Shown: one piece after another, positions 48,694 through 60,230 of the stretch
Layout: every line of letters starts with the position of its first letter
Numbering within the stretch: the stretch's first letter is position 1
NCBI GenBank assembly: GCA_000091205.1
Contig: AP006486.2
Direction: 5' to 3' (one strand)
Length of the DNA stretch: 64,000 bases
Source of the DNA: Cyanidioschyzon merolae
Lineage: Eukaryota
Notes under the pieces: generated by a model
What the model was told of the DNA's origin: nothing
The model's database searches: none
What the model saw: the letters and a program-made list of their open reading frames with translations, nothing else
Made by a program: the position numbers and the translations under genes

Positions 48694-51285
48694 CCGCAGC
48701 TGCCGAGGCTTGGCCTCCTCCGCAAAACAATCAGCCTGAACCACGTGTTCTATCAACTTGAGATGGGCCAGAACTGGTGCCCAAAGCCTTGGTCGTCGAG
48801 TTCAACGTCCAGAAGCGAAAACAGCTGCAGCCTGCCTCCCTGTCTTTTGCCGAGCTACGCGGGTATCTTTTCATGAGTGCGCTTTCACAGGGCAACTCCG
48901 ATATGGGAAACATCGCGGTACCTTTCACTGTCACTGGGGTTCTGTGCTTCCTGCTTCGATGATTACCAGGACGAGTGCCATAGCTCGCTCTGGTTGTTTC
49001 CAGAAACCGTGCTCATGTCGAGCCGAATGTCTTTTTCCCAGTAACGTGCCATACAGGCTCCGGGTCTCATTCGGTTATCCGCTTGAAACAGAGCACCCAT
49101 GAACCGATTCTAGCGTGTCTCGAGCTCGACGCGCACACACGCTGGAGATAAAGCAACGCACTGGCACACGGAATCGTTGACAGGAGCCGTACCCAGTTAG
49201 AAAAAGCGCAATGCCTACGCTCTCTCTACATCTCGTTCTCTACCGTATTCCATAGGCACGAGCGACGCCTCATGTCCGAGCAATATCACGGTGGTAGGTG
49301 CCCGGGAACCGACTGCAAACGCTCGTATGCGCGGAAGCGTGCGCGCTCAGCATCGCTGGTGACGCTGACAACCCAGCCACTCTTTACAAACGATCCAGAA
49401 TTCCCGTCCTGATGGATTCGCTTTTAGACATCTTTTTCATCATCTGTATTCGCATGAAATTGCCTGAAAGAAAGGACTGCACCATGTAGCGTTCATGATG
49501 CATCGCCCGCCATTGCCGAGCATCGCACATGTCGTGCATCAAGCGAAGGATCCATGATTTGTTCTGTTTCCGCATTGGCCGCCTCATCGCGGCAAGCATG
49601 AGACGATGTCGTTACTCGCCTGGGCCGATCGAGCCATCGAGATCTATCTAATGCTCTTTACGAGAATCTGCGGGCGGTAGCGAAGCTGTCTGCAGCGAGT
49701 TCGACCAAGACTTCTTACGCGCCAAAGATGCCATGCGCCTGGCGCACGCTCGTGCACTGGCGCTTCGCAACGACTGCGCATTCCGAATAACCCAGTATCG
49801 CTTTGGATCGGGTAAGACGCTTTCGTTGTCATCTCCGGATGCCAGAAACGTTTTCCCCTGGAGAATCGGGACTCGAGGCATACCCCAAGGTCTGTTTGGC
49901 CAGCGTTTATGGAAATACACGCCAAGTCGGCTGGTGGCACATCTTCGACTGCCGATTTCTCATCTGTGAACGTACTTGCTTCGCGCGCGGTATTCGGGCG
50001 GGGATCCCCTGAAACGATGAACTTTTCAGGACCGCAGACTTCACCTTGCATCCTGCAGAGCGTCGAATCGATTGTGGTGTCGGCACGTCCCTGCTGCCTC
50101 CATTCCTAATAAACGCCAGATCGATCGCTTGCGAGCCGTCGCTCCGCTGGAGGTGTCGCGTCGACGCTGACTTGGGCTTATCGCAGCGAAAGCGTTTCGA
50201 GTCATTCGCACTCGCGCCATCAAAGCCGCACTTGCATATCTTGTTGAGGAGTTTCAAACGGCTCTACAACAGCCGCAGGAACAAAGCGACGTTCACGCGA
50301 GAATCTGTTCCGTTGCCTGTAACCGGGTACATCTACGCAGTGCTCGGTTCCTGTTGCTAGATTCCTCTTTTCTCGCGGCCTATGATTGATGGAACGAATC
50401 AGACTGCCCTGTATGCAGGAACGCTGTCGCTTATCAGGTCTACCGTTTTGCTTCTTTCGAAGAAGCGTCCATGCTCTGCGCTCACCGAAGCAGCATGTCC
50501 GTATGCAACAACTGCTCGTTCGATCGAGCGATGCCGCGGCTACGAGCCTGCCTCTGACGCTTGCCGCAATACCGGACGCGCTGTACAGATACAGGACAGC
50601 GGCGTTATCCCTTCGAGGGTGTAGGCACCAGGGTCCACAATGCGGTGCTTCAGGCACCGTCTGTCGTGAGCCTGTCCGGGGCCCAGTGCCCGAACAGTGA
50701 CGCATACCTCATGATGTGTTGGCGATATGTGTACCCAGAAGCTGATGGGTACGTGCTCGCCATCGACAAATCAGTGACGCGTACGCGCGGATGCATAGAT
50801 TCGGAGGTGGAGGATCGTAGAATTGAACCAGAGATCCCCGATTGTTTGATGAAGATCGGCATCTGGAAAAGCGTCCATCAACCAGTGGCGTTCTTCGAAA
50901 CTCCGCCAGCCACCCGCCACTGACGCTTTCCTTTGGAGACCTATATCAGTTCGGGCGATGCCCCAGGCACCGTGCCTGCCCTGAGCGTCCGCTACGACGC
51001 CTACGGCGCCGGTGCAGAAGCCGCACGATTCACGACGATCGGTGTTCGGATGCGGATAAACCCATGGCAGACTAGAATGGAACGGGTGCACGTACCCAAC
51101 TGGGGCTAAGACTCTAAAATTTGGGTCTCTTCCCATTGTCGTCTGCAACAGCCTTTTCAGGCTTGTTCTGCTACTAATTCCCCTTCGCCTCTCTTAGCTC
51201 CGGCTTTCATGACGCTGGAATTTCCTTTCCCGAAGCTCCGTTTCCAATAGTCGATGCATGCTGATGAAAGGGCTACAGTCCCAGT

Positions 51286-52100
51286 TTGCAGCTTCCGGCC
51301 GCTGTTGATCTATTTCGCTTACATGCGAAAATTGGGATCTACGACTTGCTTGTCATTTTCATCTTCTTTGTATACAGCCTCGGTGCGCCATTTGCAGCGG
51401 TGACCAGTGGCAATTTTCCGGCTTGTTTAATTGTGTCCACCAGATCTCCTCCTCCGAGGGATGCTCTGTGGTGCGTGAACGCTCTCTTCATCGCTCGATG
51501 CATGACCTTCGCGGTGAAAGAAGGTTCGCGCTGATACCCTCCTTTACTTCAGCGCCGCCGGCTGTCGTGACACGACCATCGCGGGCCATTTCTGTGCGAT
51601 TCTGTCGGCGAGCACGCTGTCCGCTACCCGCGCAAGCAAACGCTGTTTCCTTTGAGAAAGGATTTGTGGAACGCGGTGCTGTCCACGATGACATAAGCAT
51701 CGGATGCGGACACCCAGGCTGGTACCCAAGGTAAGATATTTCGATCCGTTTACGCTCCCTTTGCGCAAACAGGTGACGTACGGCACATTAGATGCTTTCG
51801 CTGCGAGGACTGACGACCGAGTTAACGATCCTTATTCATGCAATGAGAAAAGACGGGCGCTTCTTGGAGCATATCTCTCAAGCGGCACCATGAAACTGTC
51901 GACTATTGTCTCGTCGACAGCCATCAAGATAAGACGACTTGACCTTCGAGCGAAGTCGATTATTTGACGTGACATGTTCCATGAAATCTCGATCTGAGCT
52001 TGTGAACAAGTCGTCAAGGCAGCATGTCGCATTTTCTTTCACGTCCATAGAACAGCGGCGCGAATGGCTGCGCCCACGACTTGTCGTGAAACAAGAAATC
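51286..52100 (+). repeat. Right arm of the ~800-bp inverted repeat pair, repeat-family copy 2
   Basis: Partner of 47290-48100 on the opposite strand. The two arms are head-to-head and 3.2 kb apart. The spacer contains MoaD. Confidence 0.75.
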
Positions 52101-53039
52101 GGGAGACCTTCAAGAATGCGTTATTTGAGCGCACTACCCCCGGAGAAAGGAGAAAAACAGTGGGAGCGTGTATGAATTCGTTGGGTAATGATTACCTTGG
52201 ATTCTGAAACCGTTTTGAAGGTTTTACAAATCATCTTGATTCCGGTGACGTGATGGGTGCCACCACGGGCGAGGCGTCGAGAGCGCCTCACCGAATGAGC
52301 GACCTATAATCCTATATCTACGTATGTATCCTCTATCTCTTATGACTACACGTCGGTTGACGATGCCGAACATCTGAACCAGAGTCCGGAAAGTAAGCCC
52401 AAGGCAAGGGTAAAGCGCACATTTCGTGCTCTTTTTCTTGCATTGGATAGGCAAGTAGCGTGGCGATGCGGAAACGTGTGCATCGGACGGGCACCAAATT
52501 TGCCTCCATGCACGGATTGCCCGTGAGGCAGCGTTGTGCGTGCGTGCCTGCGTGCGGTGGTGACGTGTCCGTCCCGCGAACACGCATCGGCGGAGCGTCG
52601 ACGCTGCTCCAACAGCGTTTGCGGGCGAACGCTCTAGTTCTTCACAGCGTCAGTCAGTGTGTTTGCTTGTGTTTGTGTGCGCGCGTAGCCAGCAGCAAGG
52701 AACCCGAGTTTGCTCGATAGGCTATTCTGCTGGGCGACGTGGCTGAAGCCAGTATTTCTCTGCGTCAGCGTGTCCCTTGCACACGAGCCGGCTGCAGGTC
52801 GCAACACGGAACGCTCGCAACACCGTAATAGCCTTTCGCACCGAGTCTGGGAAAGCGAACCTCGAAGCTTTTGCATCAAGAGGAATCGCTGGGCAGGCGC
52901 TGGACTACGCGTGGGCGGGTTTGTTCTGGCTGGTACCTGTGGAAGCACGCCTGAACACTTCGAGCAGTTTCTCCTTCTATAGGTAGTTGTATTTGCTCTT
53001 CGCGCTCTGTTGGCCGTTCCCTCGCTCTCCAGCGTCTAA

Positions 53040-56000
53040 ATGGGTAACGTATGCTCTTGGTCAGCGGGTGACCCAGCGGAACGCCATTTGAAGCACGTTG
53101 TTAAGCAGCTGGAAGACGAGTATCCATGGGCACGGAAGCAGTGGCTACGGAAACAAGTCCGCGCTGTGGACGGCGATCTCGAGCAGGCGCGTATCGCCAT
53201 CGAGCAGAAAATTGGCGGGGCACGCCCTTTCGTTGAAGCGCACGTGTCGGATGTCTATGGCAAAGGTGGAGATATCTCGCACGGACCCGTCATCGAACGA
53301 GGGAAGGCGTACCGGAGGTCAGAGGGCGCCGCGAAGCGGAGCTCGCGCGCAAGTCACGCACAGCAGGCAGACGCAGGGCCCGACATGCAGCTGGTTCCAC
53401 CCTCGATGCCTTTACCCGGCACGTGGCCAGCCGCCGGGACACCGGATCCTTCCGAACGCGTGATAACGACCCTTTTCAATTGGAATGGTTCTGGGGAAGC
53501 TTCGCACCCTATTGCAGGCCTCATGCTGCGGCAACTGACTCGCATGCGTTTCATCGATGGCATTCGAAAAGCCCGAATGGCCTTGTCAGTCTCGAATATA
53601 CATGTCGAGACTTGTGCGGAGCCTCTTGAGGATGCACCAAGAGCCGCAGATGCGATCGCGTTGGAGGAGGACGCGCGCTCCCGCACCAGCGCTAGAGTCA
53701 CGCGTGCTGTCTCGAGCCAGCGACGTCGTCGAAGCACCAGTGTTCGTCGACGCACGACCGTGGGTCTCGATCAGCGCTATCGAGGGTCCGGGGGCGCGAT
53801 ACCCGCTGCTGTAAGCCCTGAACAGGCGTCAGCGGCTGCGTCCTCAGATTCTACTGGAATGGTACTTGTGCTAGACATGGTAACCTTATCTATCGTGACA
53901 AGTCTGTGCCGGTTGCAGCAGCTTCGACAGCTGGGCATTGATACCGTTCAGGTACTGAACGATCGGAAATCGCCAGTCGGACGAAACGGCTCGACACCAG
54001 CAACAACTGCAGCATCTGTGATGACGTTCACTTGTACCGATGCGAGCCGGAACGCGCACCGAGGTGATGCCATCAAGCCGCACATCTATTTCGTGACCTC
54101 AGTGCCAGCATCCGTGGAAGCGATGGCCTTGCATCTGGAAACCACTGCAAAGGCCAGACTGTCCGAAGGAGCGGACTCCATTCAAGATGCCGTCCTCATC
54201 AGCGGACATCTCCCCAATGAGGCACTCGGCCTTGTGCGTCAACAGCTGGCACACACGTCACTGCTTCAGCGACTGGGGTGCTTCATGGAAATTCGTTTGG
54301 ATTATGTAGCAATAGAGGAGGGACTTTTTCACTTTTGCCACCCGAGTGCACTGATCGATCTCTTTCCCGCTTCACGCAGCAAAACGGAGCGTCTCCGCCA
54401 GGAGCGTTGCCTTGCCATCGAAGCGCAACAACTTGCCTCGGTTTGCGAGGTAATGGCTGGTGTCGAGGACGGATCGCCCTGGCTCGGAAATGTGTATTTT
54501 GTCCGTGGCGCCGGGACCGAAGACCCCGCCTCGAGACTCGCGAGCGAAAGCCTTGTCGGCGGCGCGGCGCCAGCCGAACAACTCGCCCAGTTGCTTGCGC
54601 ACGAGCTGCGGCGTCGATGGGCATCAAACATGCCGCACGCCACCCAGGCTGCCGAGGCCTCCGTCTCGAAAACCGAAACAGGCCCTGCACTGACAAGCCG
54701 TTTGGCGGAGCTGGCTCCGGGGAAACGCCCCGGACCTGTAGACGTTCTGATTTGCGATCGAACGGTGGATCTGGCGACGCTGTTCATGCACGACTTTCAC
54801 TACGCTGCAATGGCGATGGACCTCTGCGAGGGATCGCAAAATGCCTGCGCTCGCGTCCGCATTCCCTTGACTGAAATCGGGCTGGAATGGGATCTCCACG
54901 AACCGATCAGCGCTGCGGAAGTCGATCTCGACGAGGAGCTGGATACGATCTGGCGTGAAGTGCGACATCGGCATATTGCGGATGCGGTCGATGCGCTTTC
55001 CGCGACCTTTGACGCTTATCTGGACGCGGAGCCTGGCGTTGCGGCAGTCATACGTCAACCCCAGAGGCGAAACCTGGACGCCGAATCGGCACAGCGTCCC
55101 GAATGGTACCGGATCCCGCAGGCAAGGGCGGCGTGCGCGACCGCCCAAGAGGCACTCGATACGTTCCTAGCACATTTCGCGCTTATAGAGGTTCTGTTGA
55201 CACGCTTCTCCGACTGGTCTCTGGACCGTGTCGCTGCCATGGAGCAGGATCTGGCCTGTTGTCGAACGAGTCGAGGCCGACGCTTCCGTCATGCACTGAG
55301 ACGAGCACTTGCTGTTGCCGAGCATCCGAACGTTCGCGTTATGGACAAGCTACGCGTCGCGCTGCTCTATCTGGTGACTCAGGACGTTGGAGCCGGTGAT
55401 CTCGAGCGTCTCCTGGAAGTTCTGCGCGGCTACACGATTCCGAGCTCCTTTACCAACGATTTCATTGATGGTGGTGTGGGCGACGCAAGGCGTGCGCCCG
55501 CAAGCATTCGGGCTGATATCGCCTTGCGGACTGTCTGGGACTATCTCAGTGTCGCACTTGGTACAGAGATGCGCAAGAGCCGAGCGGAACGGCGTGAACG
55601 ACGAGAGCGCTCTCGTTCGCGTTCGCGTTCTCGAACACGCCGCGACAGTTGGAGCAACCTATCCACTCGTGGGCCCGGCGATGAGGGCAGCGCTGACGAG
55701 GCTAGCGATGACTTTGAGCTCTGCCGCTACAACAACCGTCTGGCAGTGATCCTACGTCAGTTCGCGGAGAACGTCTTCCGGCCCGAGTGTGCGTATCCGC
55801 TCGCAACGGATCTTGGTGCGGCTCCGAGTCCCAAGTATACCTCACCGGTAACACCACGTTCTGGGGCGCCCTCTGGACTGAAGCCGTCTCCAGTGGTGTC
55901 GCAGACTCCGTTGCACGCCGCAGGTCAGAGCGGAAACGGCGCACTTGCTGGCGCGACTTGCGAACCGACGCTGATCGTGTACGTAGCCGGGGGTATCATG

Positions 56001-56132
56001 CCCAGCGAGGCCCGAGATGTATACCGTTTCGCGCAACGCACCGGTCGTGTCGCAGTTGCTGGTGGTTCTTGCATGCTCACACCACGGGAAGTACTGGCCC
56101 TGCTTTGCCGTAGAGAAGCCGTTGCGCCGTAA
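53040..56132 (+). CDS. Sec1/Munc18 (SM) family vesicle-fusion regulator with a ~270-aa N-terminal extension
   Basis: SM-family signatures are GMVLVLDMVTLSIVTSLCRL...GIDTVQVLN, KPHIYFVTSVPASVEAMALHL and the highly diagnostic VLICDRTVDLATLFMHDFHYAAMAMDL. The ATG is at 53040 (MGNVCSWS..., an N-myristoylation-like MGxxxS). An early helix, LEDEYPWARKQWLRKQVRAVDGDLEQARIAIEQ, resembles a CUE/UBA-type fold. Confidence 0.75.
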   Translation: MGNVCSWSAGDPAERHLKHVVKQLEDEYPWARKQWLRKQVRAVDGDLEQARIAIEQKIGGARPFVEAHVSDVYGKGGDISHGPVIERGKAYRRSEGAAKRSSRASHAQQADAGPDMQLVPPSMPLPGTWPAAGTPDPSERVITTLFNWNGSGEASHPIAGLMLRQLTRMRFIDGIRKARMALSVSNIHVETCAEPLEDAPRAADAIALEEDARSRTSARVTRAVSSQRRRRSTSVRRRTTVGLDQRYRGSGGAIPAAVSPEQASAAASSDSTGMVLVLDMVTLSIVTSLCRLQQLRQLGIDTVQVLNDRKSPVGRNGSTPATTAASVMTFTCTDASRNAHRGDAIKPHIYFVTSVPASVEAMALHLETTAKARLSEGADSIQDAVLISGHLPNEALGLVRQQLAHTSLLQRLGCFMEIRLDYVAIEEGLFHFCHPSALIDLFPASRSKTERLRQERCLAIEAQQLASVCEVMAGVEDGSPWLGNVYFVRGAGTEDPASRLASESLVGGAAPAEQLAQLLAHELRRRWASNMPHATQAAEASVSKTETGPALTSRLAELAPGKRPGPVDVLICDRTVDLATLFMHDFHYAAMAMDLCEGSQNACARVRIPLTEIGLEWDLHEPISAAEVDLDEELDTIWREVRHRHIADAVDALSATFDAYLDAEPGVAAVIRQPQRRNLDAESAQRPEWYRIPQARAACATAQEALDTFLAHFALIEVLLTRFSDWSLDRVAAMEQDLACCRTSRGRRFRHALRRALAVAEHPNVRVMDKLRVALLYLVTQDVGAGDLERLLEVLRGYTIPSSFTNDFIDGGVGDARRAPASIRADIALRTVWDYLSVALGTEMRKSRAERRERRERSRSRSRSRTRRDSWSNLSTRGPGDEGSADEASDDFELCRYNNRLAVILRQFAENVFRPECAYPLATDLGAAPSPKYTSPVTPRSGAPSGLKPSPVVSQTPLHAAGQSGNGALAGATCEPTLIVYVAGGIMPSEARDVYRFAQRTGRVAVAGGSCMLTPREVLALLCRREAVAP

Positions 56133-56244
56133 TCGCTAAAGCTGGATATGCTGCATATGACAGCTACGTGATGAGCCCGAGCAGCACACCACCAGACGGC
56201 ATAGCATCGGCTGACAGCATACTTTGTGAATGCAATATTCACGG

Positions 56245-56245
<1 letters not shown>

Positions 56246-56285
<40 letters not shown>
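56246..56285. repeat. (CAG)13 trinucleotide repeat
   Basis: Direct read. Confidence 0.95.
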
Positions 56286-56863
56286 TCACAGAAGAGATTC
56301 GGATGCCGCGGGACGGCACAAGACGTCCGAGCAGCTGGTGGCGTTCGGGTATCAAGGCATTGTACACGTTACGCGTTCTTCGGGGGCATGCACAGTCGAA
56401 GCATCAGCAGCGAGCATCTCGCAAAATGCGAGTACCGTCGACAATCGTGCGAATCATGGTAGCTACCGTACCTCTCGAGTAAGCCATGTTACCAGTTCTG
56501 ACCGTTCGTTGGCGCACAACCTGCAACAGTGAGCGCTGCACTGAACTCTGGTCCAGAATCGTTCCTATCGCGAGGCAAACTAGCGCGTAGACGCTCAAAT
56601 ATAGGAGTGGCGTGCTCGTTCCGGACCTACTGTATCGTGCCGCTCGTTTACACGTCGTCCATGAATGTGCGTGCGCGAAACGCGCTTCACTGCATGTGGT
56701 TCCACTGCCATTTGCAACACCGCGACACATCCACACCGCACTTAGACCGCGTGCGGCTACACTGCCAAACCGGATCCAGCGCCCAGCTATTCGCTCTGCC
56801 GCCTTCACAACCCGTGGCTGCGCAGCGGTGTCCCGCGTCAAGTGTCAAGCCTGTCGCGCCCGA

Positions 56864-59520
56864 CTACTGCTCGTCTAGCCCGCTCGCACCAGCGCCATCA
56901 TTCGCCTGTTTCTGTTGCTGTCTGTCTCGTTTCCCTGGACGACTGTGTTGCTTTGCGTTCATCATCGTAAAGTAGAGACTGTAGACAGACTCTCGTTCCG
57001 CCGCACTAGCTGCTGCGTTTCCGCTCAGGTTAACACGTCTGCCGGGTGGACCACGAGGAACACGTTTCCGGTGCAAACGCGCATATTCCAAGTTGCGCAG
57101 CCGCTTCTCTTCCCGCAAGTCACGCCGTTGACGCATGAAGACTGACAGTGCTGCAGTGCCCGCCGAAGGGTACGGAGCACTGGAACGCTGCCTCGTTTCC
57201 ACTGCAGTTAATTTCTTCGAAGACGAAAGGAAAGCATATGAAGAATCTTTCGAAAAAGAAAGAGGTTTGAGTGATGAGATAAACATGACGTTCGATGGGT
57301 ACTTGGGAACGCCGCAACGCCACGAAACGACACCAAACGCCTTGCAGAAGAAAAACACTGCCGTGAGTGGTATTGTAGTGACGACGAACGCGTCTTGGAC
57401 AAACCATCTCCTGCTGACGGGCAGACGCCTCGCCGCCGTTCTCGACCGGCCACCCACGACTGGTTTCAACTTTTTCTCATATAGTTCTACTTTGAGAGGT
57501 TGTCCAACAAAATTCTATCTCGTCCACTCTGGAAGTCTATTCTCCAGCACCGCACATCTCCTTGTATTGATAGCGGCATTAATGTCTCGGTTCACAAACT
57601 CCATCCGTTTCTTGCCATCGTCGGTTGTACTTAATAATGCGAGTAGTCCACGAACTTTCGCTCTCCTTTCCATTTGCTCCTCCGTCAACGGTCCGTGCTT
57701 TGCTATTTCCTCAGGGCTCCGCTAATACGTTTCCATCTGGACCCTCTGGAGTGTACACCCCAGTTCATGGTGTGTATACGATGTTCGGAAGTCATCTACG
57801 GGCATCGTAACGAAACGCCGTGCGCACTCCTTGCACGTTTTTGTCGTTGGAGCTGGTGTAATGCCTTTTTTCGACGCCCAGCGCCCTGCTCCGTACGCTA
57901 CTACGAGCCTCTGACTTTCATTCTCCCTCCGGGCGCTCAACTGATTGAAAAAGTTCGAGAACGCCCGCTGCTTCCCACAACAGAAATTCATACGCAAACG
58001 AGCCCACCGGGGCTTGGTGGATTCTTTCCACAGGGCATCCCAATGAGCAGCGCGAACTTCCATGAACTCCCGAAATGCTTCAAAGTCGGTTCCTCGGCTC
58101 GTCACCTCGCTCAAAGCTTCCAGGTGATCCCTCACTCCTGAATTCCATCCAACGATTTTCATCCTCGCATTCATTATACCGGATTCCCGGTAATATCTAG
58201 CTCTTGACAACCTCAGCAGACGCTTGTCTTTATGACGTCAATTGTCGTCGACACTATCTTCCGCACGCTTGGGTACAGCGATGGTTATGATATTTGTGTT
58301 TCCGGGGTCCGCGCCAACGACAAAGCCGTTATCGTGCGCTTTCTGTGTTGCACGATCCACCTCCTTCTTTTCTCGATGCTTCGCCGCGCCAACGACAAAG
58401 CCGTTATCGTGCACTTCGTGTGTCGCAGGATCCTCCTTCTTCGTACCTTCATCCTTCGCCACGGGCGGAGCTGGACGATCTGTCTTCAAGCGCCGATAGT
58501 GTACAGACATGGCTACTCCATCGCTTTCGATCATCCCAGTGAATACCTTTCGCTTGCTCACTTTCAGACGTTTGAAATCGGCGAAATTCTTCTTCCAGTG
58601 CGTCTCCCGGCTTTCGCCGGAGAACTCCTCCCTGCTGACATGGAACTCGGGACTGATCTCCCTCATGATGCCGTAAAGGACGCCTGAATCGATAGTCACG
58701 AAATGTGACCTGATGTTGCACATTGGAACCACGTTGAAGCGCTTCCCCATTAGGAAAGCCTTCCGCCTCTCCCACTCCTCATTTGTCTCCTCATTCAGCT
58801 TCATTTCCGCCTTGCGTTCCAGCTCTCCGTCCAGAAACACGAAATAGCGCAGGGCGAGGCGATAGTATCTTTCCTTATCTTTTTTCGACTCTGATATCTT
58901 GTCTGTTGGACTCAGCAGCCCCAGTGCCGCACGGTGCTCTTCTACAACCGCACGGATGACAGAAGCTTCATTCGTGCTCTCGTTTGACGCCTTGTCTCCG
59001 ACGAATTCGATCTCCTGTTCATGCTGGCGATCGTTCGTGACGCCATTGGTAATCGCCCATTTTCCTTTGCGAGCGATGCCAGGGTACAGCGCAAACACGG
59101 CGCGTATCATGAAGCGTTCGAGGTTCATAGTCAAATGGTTCTTCAGGTTCGTGATGTACTTCATCGCTCCGTATGTGTAAATGCACCAGTCAATTTTGTA
59201 TCGAGTACCGTCGAAGCTCTAAAAGGGATGTTTTTCGTGGAGGGCATGCACTAGCACACTTTCCCTCGGCGCTTCCGCTGCACCAAGCATCAGCTGTCGA
59301 ATAAAGGTCTTATCGAGAAACCCGTCCGGAATCCCGACCGTTTCCACCTGCGCCACGTCGCGATACATCTCCCTCGCCATATGCATCAGTCCTGACGACG
59401 CCTTGACAATACTCTTGGAGTATGACGCAACACTGTTTTCGATAGCGTCTCGCAGCTTTTCCCTGTACGGATCCTTGATATGTTTAAGAAGACAGACTTT
59501 GACGACCTACTTGTCGCACA
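56864..59520 (-). pseudogene. TnpB/Fanzor-like RuvC nuclease gene, copy 2. It is colinear over ~880 codons with no frameshifts, but has three in-frame stops
   Basis: Minus-strand translation is colinear with copy 1 across the N-terminal region, RuvC-I ([18 protein letters not shown]), the Zn-finger and RuvC-III (NRDINAAIN). Stops are TGA at 58238-58240, TAG at 57722-57724 and TAG at ~57515-57517, where copy 1 has Leu (TTA), Gln (CAG) and Glu (GAG). RuvC-II reads LVVAYGAGRW, so the catalytic Glu is replaced by Gly. There is an internal 20-codon tandem duplication near [18 protein letters not shown]. Confidence 0.65.
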
Positions 59521-60052
59521 GTCGTCTTTCGTGCCGCCTTCGACGCAGAGCGTCCCCCTTTCAGTCCTTCTTCTCTTCCTTTTCTTCTGGACTTGGCACT
59601 GTTTTTCTGTTTTTTCTGGCAGCCAGCGACACTGGGCCTCCAGGATCGTCGACTTGCTTTTCATAACTTCCTTTTTTTGTTTTTTTGGAAAACAACGCTC
59701 CCTCCAACGCCTCTGATATAAACAGCGAGGAAAACTTGAATAAACCAAACTGAGGGTTGAAATATAACTGAACTGAAAAGTACACTCTGCTATGACTTTA
59801 ACGCAAATGCAACTTGTACTTGAGAGCAACACGCTCAAGATCGCGATCCCGTTTCCCTTCAACGGCGAGACGCGTCGCGTTAGTTGACTGCCCGATCTCC
59901 CAGATGCGCCCACCGAGCGCGATTCTTTTTTTTCATGGACAAAACGTGTGCATAGGCCAGTGCTCTCGGATTATGCGCATTTTTCTTTTCTTTCTCTTTT
60001 ATTTTGTGTTTAACTTCAGTGCGCGGTAATGTATCTATAAAGCCCCCTCCCT

Positions 60053-60230
60053 CCAAGTTACATTACCTATGCTGATTCTCGGATATTCTGGTCGTTTCAT
60101 ACGTCCTATCGTGTGTGCCTAGTACCTGCCTTTCCATATCCGCCTTTGGACCTTAAATGCTGGAGCAGATAGTTCATCGAGCTAGAGCAGCTTTTCTATA
60201 CCCCAGAGGGCGTCGGCTCGAGGCGTGCTT
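60053..60230 (+). repeat. Dispersed non-coding repeat, copy C (~530 bp beyond the 5' end of Fanzor-like copy 2). A TATAAA box is at ~60034-60040, about 20 bp upstream
   Basis: Aligns to copy A: ttctggtcgtttcatacgtcctatcgtgtgtgcctagtacctgcc ... ataccccagagggcgtcggctcgagg. Confidence 0.65.

Noticed and set aside
49700-50110. Possible MoaE/MOCS2B partner of MoaD
   Set aside because: Only a short F.C.LR...GESGLEAYP match to the MoaE GxVR...LEHYP block was seen. There is no PxWKxE C-terminal motif, and continuity requires a frameshift. It is reported as a low-confidence lead inside a finding, not as a feature.
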